This document shows positions 47,612-61,989 of a DNA stretch of 64,000 nucleotides, piece after piece. The stretch lies in the NCBI RefSeq assembly GCF_009914755.1, contig NC_060947.1; one strand, written 5' to 3'. Made by a program: the position numbers and the translations under genes. Below the pieces are notes generated by a model. It did no database searches and was not told the origin of the DNA. It saw only the letters and a program-made list of their open reading frames with translations. Position 1 is the first letter of the stretch. Each line of letters starts with the position of its first letter. This stretch comes from the human T2T-CHM13v2.0 reference genome, Homo sapiens.

Positions 47612-48549
47612 CTATAAAATACATGAGAAAAGATGCCGGATTTTATAAATATGTGCCTGTAACATCACACTAGACCCACCTGGGTGTCAACATTTTCCCC
47701 CTATTTAGAAGGCCAGAAATAAATGTACATGGGAAAAGAATATAGGTAGAATTTGAAACATTGTCAACCTAACTAAATCTACCCAGAGAACAAAAATGGC
47801 AACGGTTGTTATGGTACAGCTTATGCATTGCCAGAAACAGTGCATCTCCCATATCAAAAGAAGAAGCAATGCAGAGGGAATCTCAAAGAAATATTCCCTT
47901 CCTGCCATGGGGCATGGGTGTAAAAGTATAATGGTAATCTCTGGCAGGAAGAAGGTTACTATAGCACATTTTTAAAAACCTTGAAATTTAACAAAGACAG
48001 TCAAAGGCCCTTTATGGATTTATTCCTTGCCAAATCCAAGGCCAAAACCCAGACCAACTGCCTGGTTCCCTTTCCTACATATTCCCTCAAGATGATTGAT
48101 TACCCCATGGCAGAGTAAGGGTGGGTCTATTTGCATATGCATTGTCTGGACTTATTTGGGGGAAAAAGGAGCCTCTATCACTCACTGTATCTTTCTGTCT
48201 CCTCTGTGTCTGTCTTTCACAAACACAAACACATAGACGTGCATGCACATGCCCACTACCCCCCACCCCTCCCACACACACGTAGCAACATCTCCAAACG
48301 AGACTTATCTCTTGGTGAGACATAGCTTGACAAGACCCATATGTGTTTGGCAAATTGGAGCGATTAGTTCACAGCCTTTAATTTGCCTTGACCATCAGTG
48401 CTTTCTTCACTATAGTCAGAAAGAAATTCAGAGCTAGATACACCCAATAGAGAAAAATAAAGTATCTAGGGTGCTAGGAAACTCTACCTGAAGTGACACA
48501 TATGAAATCAGTTTATAAATGGACCCTTACTAAGACAAAGCTCATTTTT

Positions 48550-48694
48550 AAAAATATATTTTTTTAATTTATATGGGTACAAAGTAGGTGTATATATTTA
48601 TGGAGTACATGAGTTATTTTGATACATGCATAAAATGCATAATAATCACAGCAGGGTAAATAAGGTATCCATCACCTCAAGCATTTCTCATTTC
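48550..48694 (-). mobile_element. L1MA2/3 3' tip
   Basis: gtaggtgtatatatttatgg...tatccatcacctcaagcattt; degenerate TSD acaaagctcatt/acaaggctcctt. Confidence 0.8.
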
Positions 48695-49159
48695 ACAAGG
48701 CTCCTTCTTGATTCCACATTTGCCCTCCCTCCTTTCCCTTTTGACTTGCTAATTATTTTCCCTTCTAAACTGACCTTGAATAATGAAGTCCCAGCTTTCT
48801 TACTCTCCACCAGCTTAGAGCAGGTCTTCTATACACTACTGATGTAACTGCTTACATAGCAGCTTTAGTCCACCACATTATATTATTTTGGAAAAACTGA
48901 TTCTGCTCTTGTCGATCCACCCATCTAAAAATTGTTATTCTCAGAACAGTTATTTCTGTATTGTATATCTTGTGGAATTGAAGGTATTGTATTAATACAA
49001 TTGTATCAAATACCTTTAATATATTAAGCAATTTACTGGCATTGTGTGTGTGGAAAAAGGGAATGTGGGGGAGTGATTGTTCAAGAACAAAACGAACAAA
49101 TTGCCTCTAACCTCAAAATACTTCCAGTCTGGTGAGGAGAAAAGCACATTACAACTCCC

Positions 49160-49494
49160 TAGAATTTAAATAATTTTTAACAAAAAACAAAGAAAGCAAG
49201 TTGTAGAAAAATGTCACCTTAGCTATACTTTAGATTCAGTAGATGGTAATATCAATTACAATTATTTAGCTACTTCATTTCAGGTCAAAGGAGATAAGAC
49301 CCATGACATAACAGCTTTCTCTAAACTTCATCAACCAATGCCTTTAAATAGTCTCTGGAAATTCTTATTCCTCTTTATGATATTAAAATCTTGTCTCGAT
49401 TTTGCAATGTATCAGAATCTGTAAAGGCCAAAAATACCAGAAGGCAGTGGTTTAAAGAAATGGATTCTGAGGTTCCTTGGTGTTTTTGATGTGT
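49160..49494 (-). pseudogene. Fossil exon: end of one CTLD plus start of the next
   Basis: Acceptor gttttcttgtctcctttatag. One frame reads HIKNTKEPQNPFL*TTAFWYFWPLQILIHCKIETRF*YHKEE*EFPETI*RHWLMKFRESCYVMGL, then after frameshifts LT*NEVAK and CN*YYHLLNLKYS*GDIFL. Landmarks: EPxN, C-x7-(C>Y), W..F..SCY, TWNE, HL..I/FL. Confidence 0.8.
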
Positions 49495-49574
49495 CTATAA
49501 AGGAGACAAGAAAACTTAACCTAAAAAATAATTATTTTCAAAGAAATGATAGGTGCAAGAAACAGAAAAACCTT

Positions 49575-49760
49575 ATATGTATATAAGATTCACAGATATT
49601 TGGCTTCCCCTAATTCAATCAGGATTCAACCAAATTTTTGGTCTAGAAATTTGGGTTGTACATGTGTTACTTTGCTCCTTAAGGCAATTATTTGTGAGGA
49701 AACATGCACTTGGCAAGATGAAAAGTTTTACTATTCTCCTTGATCTCTTAAAATATTAAT
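49575..49760 (-). pseudogene. Fossil exon: CTLD middle part
   Basis: PSACFLTNNCLKEQSNTCTTQISRPKIWLNPD*IRGSQISVNL resembles L.SI.S.EEQ.FI....IWIG...W.DGS; boundaries approximate. Confidence 0.55.
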
Positions 49761-49835
49761 CACTCCTGTTGCTTCTAAAATGGGGTTTATGCTCTCTCTT
49801 TCTCTCTCTCTCTGTGTGTTTCTTTCTCTTTCTCA

Positions 49836-52800
49836 TTAACTTTACCGTGCTTCACAGATATTGTGATTTTTTTACAAACCTGTGGCAACCATGAGTCAAG
49901 AAAGTCTATAGGCACCATTTTTTCCAGCAGTATATGCTCATTTTGTGTCTCTGTGTCACATTTTGGTAATTCTTGCAATGTTTCAAACTTTTACATTGTT
50001 ATTATATCTGTTTGGTGATCTGTAATCAGTGATCTGTGATGTTACTATTGTCAATGTTTTAGGGCTCCATGTACCATGCTCTATAAGATAGTGAACTTAA
50101 TTGATAAATGTTGTATGCGTTCTGACTGCTCCGCCAACTGGCTGCTCTTCCATCTCTCCCTCATGAGACCTCCACATTCCTTGAGACACAATAATATTAA
50201 AATTAGTAACCCTACAATGGTCTCTACAGGTTCAAGTCAAAGGAAGAATCACATGCTTCTCACTTTAAGTCAAAAGCTAGAAATTATTAAGCTTACTGTG
50301 GAAGGCATGTCTAAAGCCAAGATAGGCTGAAAGCTGGGCCTCTGGAGACAGACAGTTGGCCAAGTTGTGAAGGCAAAGGAAAAGTTCTTGTAAGACATTA
50401 AAAGTGCTATTTCAGTAAGCACGTGAATAACAAGAAAGTAAAACAGCCTTATTGCTGATATAGAAAAAGTTTGAGCAATCTGCATAGAAAAGGAAATTAG
50501 TTACAATATTGCCAAAGCCTAATCCAAAGCAAGGCCTTTACCCTCTTCAATTCTATGAAGGGCAAGAGAGGTGAGGAATCTTCAGAAAAAAAGTTGAAAG
50601 CTAGTAGAGGCTGGCTCATAAGGTTTAAGAAAAGAATCCTCCTCTATAACATAAAGGTGCAAGATGAAGCAGGAAGAGCTGATGTAAAAATGGCAGCAAG
50701 TTATCCAAAATATATACCTAAGATAATTGATGCAGATAGCTACACTAAAAAACATATTTTAAATGTAGAAGAAACAGCCTTTTATTGGAAGAAGATGCCA
50801 ACTAGGGTTTTTATAGCTAGAGAAACGTCAATGCCTGGCTTCAAAGCACAGGCTGATTCTCTTGTTAGGGAATAATGCAGCTTGGTATACTTAAGTTGAA
50901 GCCAATGTTTATCATTCTGAAAATCCTTTAGATATCCTTTGGTATGTATATACTACACACACACACACACACACACACATCAAAATATTACTGTTCACTG
51001 ATAATGCTCCAGGTCACCAAGAGCTCTGATGGAGGTGACGGAGGTGTACAAAGACTAATGTTGCTTAATGCCTGGTAACATAACATCCATTCTGTAGCCC
51101 ATGCATCAGTCAAGGAATAATTTTGGCTTTCAAGTCTTATTATTTAAGAAGTACATTTTGTAAGACTATAGTTGCCATAGATCGTGATTCCTCTGATGGA
51201 TCTGGGCAAAGATCAGACCACTGATACCTGCTGAAAGAGATTCACCATTATATATACCTTTAAGAACAATTATGAGGGTGGCTGGCAAGATGGCCGAATA
51301 GGAACAGCTCTGGTCTACAGCTCCCAGAGAGATTAATGCAGAAGGTGGGTGATTTCTGCATTTCCAACTGAGTAACTGGCTCATCTCACTGGGACTGGTT
51401 AGACAGTGGGTGCAGCCCATGGAGGGCAAGCCAAAGCAGGGTGGGGTGTCGCTTCACCTGGGAAGCACAAGGGGTCGGGAATCTCCCTCCCCTAGCCGAG
51501 GGAAGCTGTGAGGGAACTGTGCTGTGAGGAATGGTTCATTCCAGCCCAGATACTACACTTTTTCCATGGTCTTTGCAACCTGCAGACCAGGAGATTCCCT
51601 CGGGTGCCTACACCATCAAGACCCTGGGTTTCAAGCACAAAACTGGGCGGCCATTTGGTAAGACACCAAGCTAGTTGAAGGAGGATTTTTTCATACCCCA
51701 GTGGCACCTGGAATGCCAGCGAGACAGAATCGTTCACTCCCCTGGAAAGGGGGCTGAAGCCAAGGAGCCGAGTGGTCTAGCTCAGCAGATCCCACCCCCG
51801 ACAGAGCCCAGCAAGCTAAGATCCACTGGCTTGAAATTCTCACAGCCAGCACAGCAGTCTGAAGTCCACCTGGGATGCTCAAGCTTGGTGGGAGGAGGGG
51901 CATCTGCCATTCCTGAGGCTTGAATAGGCGGTTTTCCCCTCACAGTGTAAACAAAGCCGCTGGGAAGTTCGAACTGGGTGGACCCCACCACAGCTCGTCA
52001 AAGCCACTGTAGGCAGACTGCCTCTCTAGATTCCACCTCTCTGGGAAGGGAATCTCTGAAAGAAATGCAGCATCCCCAGTCAGGGGATTACAGATCAAAC
52101 TGCCATCTCCCTGGGACAGAGCACCTGGGGGAAGGGGCGGCTGTGGGTGCAGCTTCAGCAGACCTAAACGTTCCTGCCTGCTGCCTAAGAGACCAGCAGA
52201 TCTCCCAGCACAGCGCTCAAACTCTGGTAAGGGACAGATTGCCTCCTCAAGTGGTCCCTGACCCCCGTGCCTCCTGACTGGGAGGCACCTCACAGCAGGG
52301 TTCAACAAACACCTCATACAGAAGAGTTTTGGCTGGCATCTAGCAGGTGCCATTCTGGGACAAAGCTTCCAGAGGAAGGAACAGGCAGCAATCTCTGCTG
52401 TTCTGCAGCCTCTGCTGGTGATACCCAGGCAAAAAGGACCTGGAGTGGACCTCCAGCAAATTCCAACAGACCTGCAGAAGAGGGGCCTGACTGTTAGAAG
52501 GAAAACTAACAAACAGAAAGGAATAGCATCAACATCAACAAAAAGAACATCCACACAGAAACCCTATCTGAAGGTCACCAACATCAAAGACCAAAGGCAG
52601 ATGAATCCACAAAGATGAGGAAAAGCAAGCACAAAAAGGCTGAGAATTCCAAAGTCCAGAATGCCTTTTCTTCTCCAAAAGATCACAACTCCTTGCCAGC
52701 AAGGGAACAAAACTAGACTGAGAATGAATTTGAGGAAGTGACAGAAATAGGCTTCAGAAGGTGGGTAATAACAAACTCCTGCCAGCTAAAGGAGCATTTC

Positions 52801-55800
52801 CTAACCCAATGAAAGGAAGCTAAGAACCTAGAAAAAAAAATGGTTAGAGGAATTTCTAATGAGAATAACCAGTTAAGAGAAGAACATATATGACCTGATG
52901 TAGCTGAAAAACACAGCACGAGAACTTTGTGAAGCATACACAAGTATCAATAGCTGAATCGATCAAGGGGAAGAAAGGATACTAGAGATTGAAGATCAGC
53001 TTAGTGAAATAAAGCGTGAAGACAAGATTAGAGAAAAAAAGAATGAAAGGGAATGAACAAACCTTCCAGGAAATATGAGGTTATGTGAAAAGACCAAATC
53101 CACATTTCATTGGTGTACCTGAAAGTGACAGGGAGAATGGAACCAAGTTGGTAAACACTCTTCAGGATATTCTCCAGGAGAACTTCCCCCAACCTAGCAA
53201 GACAGGCCAACATTCAAATTCAGGAAGTACAAAGAACACCACAAAGATACTCCTCGAGAAGAGCAACCTCAAGACATATAATCGTCAGATTCACCAAGGT
53301 TGAAATGAAGGAAAAAATGTTAAGGGCAGCCAGAGAGAAATGTTGGGTTACCCACAAAGGGAAACCCATCAGACTAACAATGAATCTCCTTGCAGAAACC
53401 CTACAAGCCAGAAGACAGTGGAGGCCAGTATACGACATACTTAAATAAAAGAATTTTCAACCCAGAATTTAATATCCAGCCAAACGAAGCTTCATAAGCT
53501 AAAGATAAATAAAATCCTTTACAGACAAGCAAATGCTAAGAGATTTTGTCACCACCAGGCCTGCCTTACAAGAGCTCCTGAAGGAAGAAGTAAATATGGA
53601 AAGAAAAAACCGGCACCAGCCACTGAAAAAACATACCACATTGTAAAGACCATTAACACTACGAAGAAACTGCATCAACTAATGGGCAAAATAACCAGCT
53701 AGAATCATAATAACAGGATCAAATTCACACATAACAACATTAACCTTAAATGTAAATAGGTGAAATGCCCCAATTAAAAGACACAGACTGGCAAATTGGA
53801 TAAAGAGCCAAGACCCATTAGTGTGCTATATTTAGGAGACGCATCTCACATGCAAAGACACACATAGGCTCAAAATAAAGGAATGAAGGAAGATTTACCA
53901 AGCAAATGGAAAGCAAAAACAAAAAAAGAAAAAAGAAAAAGAAAAAAGGAGGAGTTGCAATCCTAGTCTCTGATAAAACAGATTTTAAACCAACAAAGAT
54001 CAAAAAAGACAAAAAAGGGCATTACATAATGGGAAAGGGACCAAGGCAACAAAAAGAACTAACTATCCTAAATATATATGCACTCAATGCGGGAGCACCC
54101 AGATTCATAAAGCAAGTTCTTAGAGACCTAAAAAGAGACTTAGACTCCCACACAATAATAGTGGGAGACTTTAACACCCCACTGTCAATATTAAACAGAG
54201 CAACAAGACAGAAAATTAATAAGGATATTCAGAACTTGAACTCAGCTCTGGACCAAGTGGACCTAAGTTGGACCTAAGTTGGACCAAGTTGGATCTACAG
54301 AACTCTCCAACCCAAATCATCAGAATATACATTCTTCTCAGCACCACATCACACTTATTCTAAAATTGACCACTTAATTAGAAGTAAAACACTCCTCAGC
54401 AAGTGTAAAAGAACAGAAATGGTAACAAACAGTCTCTCAGACCACAGTGCAATCAAATTAGAACTCAGGATTAAGAAACTCACTAAAAACTGCACAACTA
54501 CATGGAAATTGAAAGGCCTGCTCCTGAATGACTGCTGGGTAAATAATGAAATTAAGGCAGAAATAAAGAAGGTCTTCAAAACCAATGAGAACAAAGACAC
54601 AATGTACCAGAATCTCTGGGACACACCTAAGGCACTGTTTAGAGGGAAATTTATAGCACTAAATGCCCACAGGAGAAAGCGAGAAAGATCTAAAATCAAC
54701 ACCTTAAAATCACAATTAAAAGAACTAGGCAAGCAAGAGTAAACAAATCCAAAAGCTAGTAGAAGACAAGAAAAAACTAAGATCAGAGCAGAACTGACGG
54801 AGATAGAGACACAAAAAACCCTTCAAAAAATCAATGAATCGAGGAGATGTTTTTTTTGAAAAGATCAACAAAATAGAATGACTGCTAGACAAACTAATAG
54901 ATAACATAAGAGAGAAGAATCGAATAGACACAATAAAAAATGATAAAGAGGATATCACCACTGATCCCACAGAAATACAAACTACCATCAGAGAATACTA
55001 TAAACACCTCTATGCAAATGAACTAGAAAATCTGGAAGAAATGGATAAATTCCTGGACACATACACCCTCCCAAGACTAAACCAGGAGGAAGTCGAATCC
55101 CTGAATAGAACAATAACAAGTTCTGAAATTAATGCAGTAATTAATAGCCTACCAACCAAAAAAAGTCCAGGACCAGACAGAATTACAGCCGAATTCCACC
55201 AGAGGTACAAAGAGCAGCTGATACCATTCCTTCTGAAATGATTCCAAACAATTGAAAAAGAGTGGATCCTCCCTAACTCATTGTATGAGGCCAGCATCAT
55301 CCTGATACCAAAACCTGGCAGAGACAGGAAAAAAAAAAGAAAATTTCAGGCCAATATGCTTGATGAACATCAATGCAAAAATCCTCAGTAAAATACTGGC
55401 AAACCGAATCCAGCAGCACATTAAAAAGCTTATCCACCACGATCAAGTCAGCTTCATCCCTGGGATGCAATGCTGGTTCAACTTAAAGAAATCAACAAAT
55501 GTAATCCATCACATAAACAGAACAGACTACAAAAACCAGATAATTATCTCAACAGATGCAGAAAAGGCCTTTGATAAAATTCAACACCCCTTCATGCTAA
55601 AAACTCAATAAACTAGATATTAATGGAAGGTATCTCAAAATATTAAGAGTTATTTATGACAAAACCACAGCCATTATCATACTGAATGGGCCAAAGCTGT
55701 AAGCATTTTCTTTGAAAACTGGCTTGAGACAAGGATGCCCTCTCTCATCACTCCTATTCAACATAGTATTGGAAGTTCTGGCCAGGGTAATCAGGTAAGA

Positions 55801-58624
55801 GAAAGAAATAAAGGGTATATTCAAAGAGGAAGAGAGGAAGTCAAATTGTCTCTATTTGCAAAAGACATGATTGTTGTGTACATAGAAAACCCCACTGTCT
55901 CAGCCCAAAATCTCCTTAAGCTGATAAGCAATTTCAGCAAAGTCTCAGGGTATAAAATCAATGAGCAAAAATCACAAGCACTCCTATACATTAATAACAG
56001 ACAAACAGAGAAGCAAATCATGAGTGAACTCCCATTCACAATTGCTGCAAAGATAATAAAATACCTAAGAATACAATTTACAAGGGATGTGAAGGACCTC
56101 TTCAAGGAGAACTACAAACCACTGCTCAAGGAAATAAGAGAGGACACAAACAAACGGAAGAACATTCTCTGCTCATGGATAGGAAAAATCAATATCATGA
56201 AAATGATCATACTGCCCAAAGTAATTGATAGATTCAATGCTATCTCCATCAAGCTACCATTGACTTTCTTCATAGAATTAGAGAAAACTACTTTAAATTT
56301 CATATGGAACCAAAAAAGAGGTGGTATAGCCAGGACAATCCTAAGCAAAAAGGATAAAGCTAGAAGCATCATGCCACCTGACTTCAAACTATACTATAAG
56401 GCTACAGTAACCAAAACAGCATGGTACTGGTACCAAAACAGATATATAGACCAATGGAACAGAACAGAGGCCTCAGAAATAACACCACACATCTACAACC
56501 ATCTGATCTTTGACAAACCTGACAAAAACAAGCAATAGGAAAAGGATTCCCTATTTAATAAATGGTGTTGGGAAAACATGCAGAAAACTGAAACTGGACC
56601 CTTTCCTCACACCTTATAAAAAATTAATTCAAGATGGATTAAAGACTTAAATGTAAGACCTAAAGCCATAACAATCCTAGAACAAAACCTAGGCAATACC
56701 ATTCAGGACATAGGCAAGGGCAAAGTCTTCATGACTAAAACCCCAAAAGCCATGACAACAAAAGCCAACATTGACAAATGGGATCTAATTAAACTAAAGA
56801 GCTTCTGCACAGCAAAAGAAACTATCATCAGAGTGAATAGGCAACCTACAGAATGGGAGAAAATTTTTGGAATCTATCCATCTGACAAAGGACTAATATC
56901 CAGAATCTACAAAGAACTTAAACAAATTTGCAAGAAAAAAACAAACAACCCCATCAAAAAATGGGTGAAGGATATGAACAGACACTTCTCAAAAGAAGAC
57001 ACTTATGTGGCCAACAAACATATGAAAAAAAGCTCATTATCACTGACATTAGAGAAATGCAAATCAAAACTACAATGCAAATCATGCAATACCATCTCAT
57101 GCAAATTAGAATGGCAATCATTAAAAAGTCAGGAAACAGCAGAGGCTGGAGAGGATGTGTAGAAATAGGAATGCTTTTACACTGTTCGTAGGAGTGTAAA
57201 TTAATTCAAACATTGTGGAAGACAGTGTGGCACTTCCTCAGGGATCTAGAACCAGAAATACCATTTGACCCAGCAATCCCATTACTGGGTATATACCCAA
57301 AGGATTATAAATCATTCTACTCTAAAGGCACATGCACATATGTTTATTGCAGCACTATTCACAATAGCAAAGACTTGGAACGAACCCAAATGTCCATCAA
57401 TGATAGACTGGATAATGAAAATGTGGCACATACACAACATGGAATATTATGCAGCCATAAAAAAGATGAGTTCATGTCCTTTTCAGGGACATGGATGAAG
57501 CTGGAAACCATCATTCTCAGCAAACTAACGCAGGAACAGAAAACCAAACACTACATGTTCTCACTCATAAGTGGGAGTTGAACAATGAGAACACATGGAC
57601 ACAGAGAGGGGAACATCACACACCGGGGTTTGTCAGGGGCTTGGGGGTAAGGGAGGTATAGCATTAGGAGAAATACCTAATATAGATGATGAGTTGATGG
57701 GTGCAGCAAACCACCATGGCACGTGTATACCTATGTAACAAACCTTCATGTTCTGCACACGTATCTCAGAACTTAAAGTTTAATTATAAAAGAACAGTTA
57801 TGAAAAACAGGAGGAGATAAACATATCAACATTAACAGAAATTTGAATAAGTTGATCCCATCCTTCACAGATAAGATTGAGGGATTAAAGACTCAGTGGA
57901 GGAAGTCACTGCAGATGTGATGGAAACAAAGAAATAGAATTAGAAGTGGAGGCTGTAGATGTGGCTGAATTGCTGCAATCTTACAATAAAACTTGAATAA
58001 AAGAGGAGTTGCTTATTATGAATGAACAAAGAAAGTGGTTTATTGAGGTGGAATCTACTTCTGGTGATGATGGTGTGAACATTATTGAAATGAGAACAAC
58101 AAATTTAGAATACTCCTTACACTTAGTTGATAAAGCAGAGGAGGATTTGAGACAAGTGGCTCAAATTTTGAAAGACGTTTTGCTGTTTGTACTATGCTAC
58201 CGAGCATTATCACATGCTATGGAAAAATCTTTTATAAATGAAAGAGTAAACTGATGTGGTAAACTTCATTGCTGTCTCATTTTAAGAAATTGCCACAGCC
58301 ACCTCAACCTTCAGCAACCACCACCATGATAAATCAGCAGCCACCAACACTGAAGCAAGAACCTCTACCAGTAGAAAGATTATGACTTGCTGAAGGCTCA
58401 GATGTTGTTAGCGTTTTTTAGAAATAAAGTATTTTTAAATTAAGGTATGTGCATAGTGTTTTACACATAATTCTATTGTACACTAAACAGACTGCAATAT
58501 AGTGTAAACATAACTTATATATGCACTGGGCAATAAAAAACCTAGTGTGACTTGCTATTTCATGCTATTTTCTTTTGTGTGGTGGTCTACACACCTAACC
58601 TACAATATCTCCAAGGTATGCATG
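49836..58624 (+). mobile_element. Tigger1 DNA transposon split by an L1PA7
   Basis: Transposase remnants (LTLSQKLEIIKL; [12 protein letters not shown]; [10 protein letters not shown]); right TIR caatatctccaaggtatgcatg followed by TA; left TIR not visible beside the (TC)n tract. Confidence 0.92.
51276..57789 (+). mobile_element. Full-length L1PA7-like LINE-1, inactive
   Basis: 5' gggtggctggcaagatggccgaatagg; broken ORF1/ORF2, RT motif FAKD at 55855-55866; TSD aagaaca(a/g)ttatga at 51262-51275 and 57790-57803. Confidence 0.95.
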
Positions 58625-58654
58625 TATACACATGCCTGTCTGAAACGTGAGGGT

Positions 58655-61600
58655 TAGCTGGATAATAGTTTTATTTTTTTACTTTTTTGAAGAGTCTACA
58701 TACTGTTTTTTTTACAGTGGCTGCATCATCTTACATTTCCACCAACAGTGTACAGTGTTCCAATTTCTCAACATCCTCCCCAAAACTTAAAAGGTAATTT
58801 TTTTTTTTGGTAATGGCCATCCTAACAGGTAAGGGATTATATCTCATTATGGTTTTCATTTGCATTTTCTTGATGGTTAATGATGTTGAGCAACTTTTAA
58901 TATATCTGATGGCCATTTGTATGTCTTATTTTTAAAAATGTCTATTCTAGTCCTTTGTCCATTTTTAAATTGGGTTATTCGGGTCTTTAAAACACTGAAT
59001 TCTTGGAGTTTCTTATATATTTTGGATATTAATGCTGATACGGCTTGGCTGTGTCCCCACCTAAATCTCATCTTGAATTGTAGCTCTCATAATCACCACG
59101 TATAATGGGAAGGACCTGGTGGGAGGTAATCGAATCATGGGGGCAGGTTATCCCATGCTCTTCTGGTGAGAGTGAATAAGTCCCAAAGATCTGATGGTTT
59201 TATAAAGGGCAGTTCCCCTACACATATTCTCTTGCCTTCCACCATGTAAGACGTGCCTTTGCTCCTCCTTCACCTTCCTCCATGACTGTAAGGCCTCCCC
59301 AGCAATGTGGAATTGTGAGTTCATTAAACCTCTTTTTCCTTATAAATTACCCAGTCTCAGGTATTTCTTCATAGCAGTGTGAAAATGGTCTCATACAGTA
59401 AATTGGTACTGGTAGAGTGGGGTACTGCTGTTAAGGTACCTGAAAATGTGGAGGTGACTTTGGAACTGGGTAACAGGCAGAGGTTGGAACAGTTTGGAGG
59501 GCTCAGAAGACAGGAAGATGTGGGAAAGTTTGAAACTTCCTAGAGACTTGTTCAATGGTGTTGACCAAAATGCTGATAGTGGTATGGACAATGAAATCCA
59601 GGTTAAGGTGGTCTCAGATGGAGATGAAGAACTTGTTAGGAAGTGGAATAAAGGTGACTCTTGCTATGTTTTAGGAAAAAGATTGGTGGCATATCTCCCC
59701 TGCCATAGAGATCTGTGGAACTTTAAACTTGAGAGAGATAATTTAGGTTATCTGACAGAAGAAATTTTTAAGCAGCAAAGCATTCAAGATGTGACTTGGT
59801 TGCTGTTAAAAGCAGCCAGTTTTATTCATTCACAGGGATATGGTTTGGAATTAGAACTTATGATTAAAAGGGAAGTAGGCATAAAAGTTCAGAAAATTTG
59901 CAGCCTAATTATGTAATAGAAAAGGAAAACCAATTTTATGAGAAAAAATTCAAGTCAGCTACAGAAATTTGCATCAGCAACAAGGAGCCAAATGTTAATC
60001 AAGACAATGGGGAAAATGTCTTCAGGGCATATCATGTCAGAAGTCTTTACGGCAGCTTCTCCCATCACAGACCTGGAGGCCTATGAGGAAAAATTGGTTT
60101 TCTGGGCCAGGCCCAGGGCCTTGCTGCTTTATGCAGTCCTGGGACTTGGTGTCCTGTGTCCTAGCCATGGCCAAACAGGGCCAACATACAGCTAAGGTTG
60201 TTGCTTCAGAGGCTGCAAGTCCTAAGCCTTGGTAGCTTATGCATGGTGTTGGGCCTGTGGGTGCACAGAAGTCAAGAAATGAAATTTGGGAATCTCCAAC
60301 TAGATTTTGGGGACATATAGAAATGCCTGGATGTCCAGGCAGAGGTGTGCTGCAGGGGCAGAGCCCTATGGAGAACTGCTAGGGCAGTGTGGAAGGGAAA
60401 TATGAGGTGAGAGCCCCCACACAGGGTCTTCACTGGGGCACTGTCTAGTGGAGCCATTAGAAGAGGGCCATCGTTCTCCAGACACTGGAATGGTAAATCC
60501 ACTGGCAGCTTGCACTGTGCACCTGGAAAAGCCACAGACATTCAACGCCAGCCCATAAAAACAGCCAGGAAGGGGGCTGTACCCTGCGAAGCCACATGAA
60601 TGGAGCTGCCCAAGACCATGGGAACCCACTGCTTGCATCAGCATGACCTGGGTATGAGACATGGAGTCAAAGGAGATCATTTTGGAGCTTTAAGATTTGA
60701 CTGCCCTATTGGGTTTTGGACTTGCATGGGGCCCGTAGCCACTTTATTTTGACCAATTTCTCCCACTTGAAATGGGTGTATTTACTCAATCCCTGTACCC
60801 TCATTGTATATAGGAAGTACTTAACTTGCTTTTGATTTTACACCTCATAGGCAGAAGATTCTTGCCTTGTCTCAGATGAGACTTTGAACTGTGGATGTTT
60901 TAGTTAATGCTGAAATGAGTTAAGAGTTTGTGGGACTGTTGGGAAGGCATGATTGGTTTTGAAATGTGAGGACATGAGAGTTGAGAGAGGCCAGAGGTGG
61001 AATGATATGGTTTGGCTGTGTCCCCACCCAAATCACGTCTTGAATTTTAGCTCCCATAATCCCCACATGTAATAGGAGTGACATGGTGGGAGGTAATTTA
61101 ATCATGGGGTCAGGTTTTCCTGTGCTCTTCTTGTGAAAATGAATAAGTCTCAGGAGATCTGATGGTTTTATAAAGAGCAGTTCCCCTGCACAAGCTCTCT
61201 TGCCTGCCATGATATAAGACCTGCTTTTGCTACTCCTTCACCTTCCACCATAATTGTGAGGCCTCCCCAGCCAGGTGGAGCTGTGAGTCCATTAAACATC
61301 TTTTTCTCTATAAATGACCCAGTCGGGTATTTCTTCATAGCAGTGTGAAAATGGACTAATACAAATGCCTATGAGATACATAGATTTAAAACATTTTTCA
61401 CATTCTGTGGCTTAACTTTTCACTCTGTTGAATGTTGCCTTTGCTCTGTGAAAGCTTTTTAGTTTGATGTAATCCCACTTGTCTGTTTTTGTTTTTGTTG
61501 CATATGCTTTTAATGTCATAACCAAAAATTGTTGCCAAGATCAATGCTGAGAAGACTTTTCCCTACATTTTATCCTAGAAGTTTTACAGTTTCAGGGCTA

Positions 61601-61985
61601 TATTTAGGTTTTTAATCCATTTTGAGTTGATTTTTGTGCATAATGTACAATAATGGACCAATTTCATTATTTTGCTTGTGAATAACCAGTTGTTCATGTC
61701 CCATTTGTTGAAGAGATCATCCTTTCCCAATTGTGCACTCTTGGCAACCTCATAGAAGATCAATCGACTGTATACACTTGGGTTTACTTGGGGGCTTTCT
61801 GTTCTGTTTCATTGGTTTGTATGTCTGTCTTTATGCTGTTATCAGACAGTTTTAATTACTTTAAATTTGTAATACATTTATAACTCAAAAAGTGTGATGT
61901 TTCAAGTTTTGCTCCTTTTGCTAAAGATCACTTTGGCTTTTCTGGGTCTGTCATGTTTTTATATCAATTTTTAAATTCTATTTTT
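58655..61985 (-). mobile_element. Old L1M ORF2 fragment split by THE1C
   Basis: Antisense ORF2 C-terminus (ORF 58731-58916) resumes at 61369. Confidence 0.8.
59036..61363 (+). mobile_element. Complete THE1C-like MaLR provirus (LTR 59036-59397, internal, LTR 61003-61363)
   Basis: TG...CA LTRs, ggtatttcttcatagcag; perfect TSD aatgc. Confidence 0.93.
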
Positions 61986-61989
61986 CATT

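Noticed and set aside
47705-47908. Hydrophobic 67-aa ORF resembling a signal peptide
   Set aside because: No recognisable homology and lies in the middle of the fossil exon series; likely chance.
50076-50875. Tigger1 transposase ORFs as a domesticated gene
   Set aside because: Fragmented, interrupted by a 6.5-kb L1, left TIR missing.
51782-51910. ORF0-like MADAPPPTKLEH... in L1PA7
   Set aside because: Only 42 codons and divergent; no support for function.
52615-57581. L1PA7 ORFs as functional genes
   Set aside because: Many stops and frameshifts; RT catalytic motif mutated to FAKD.
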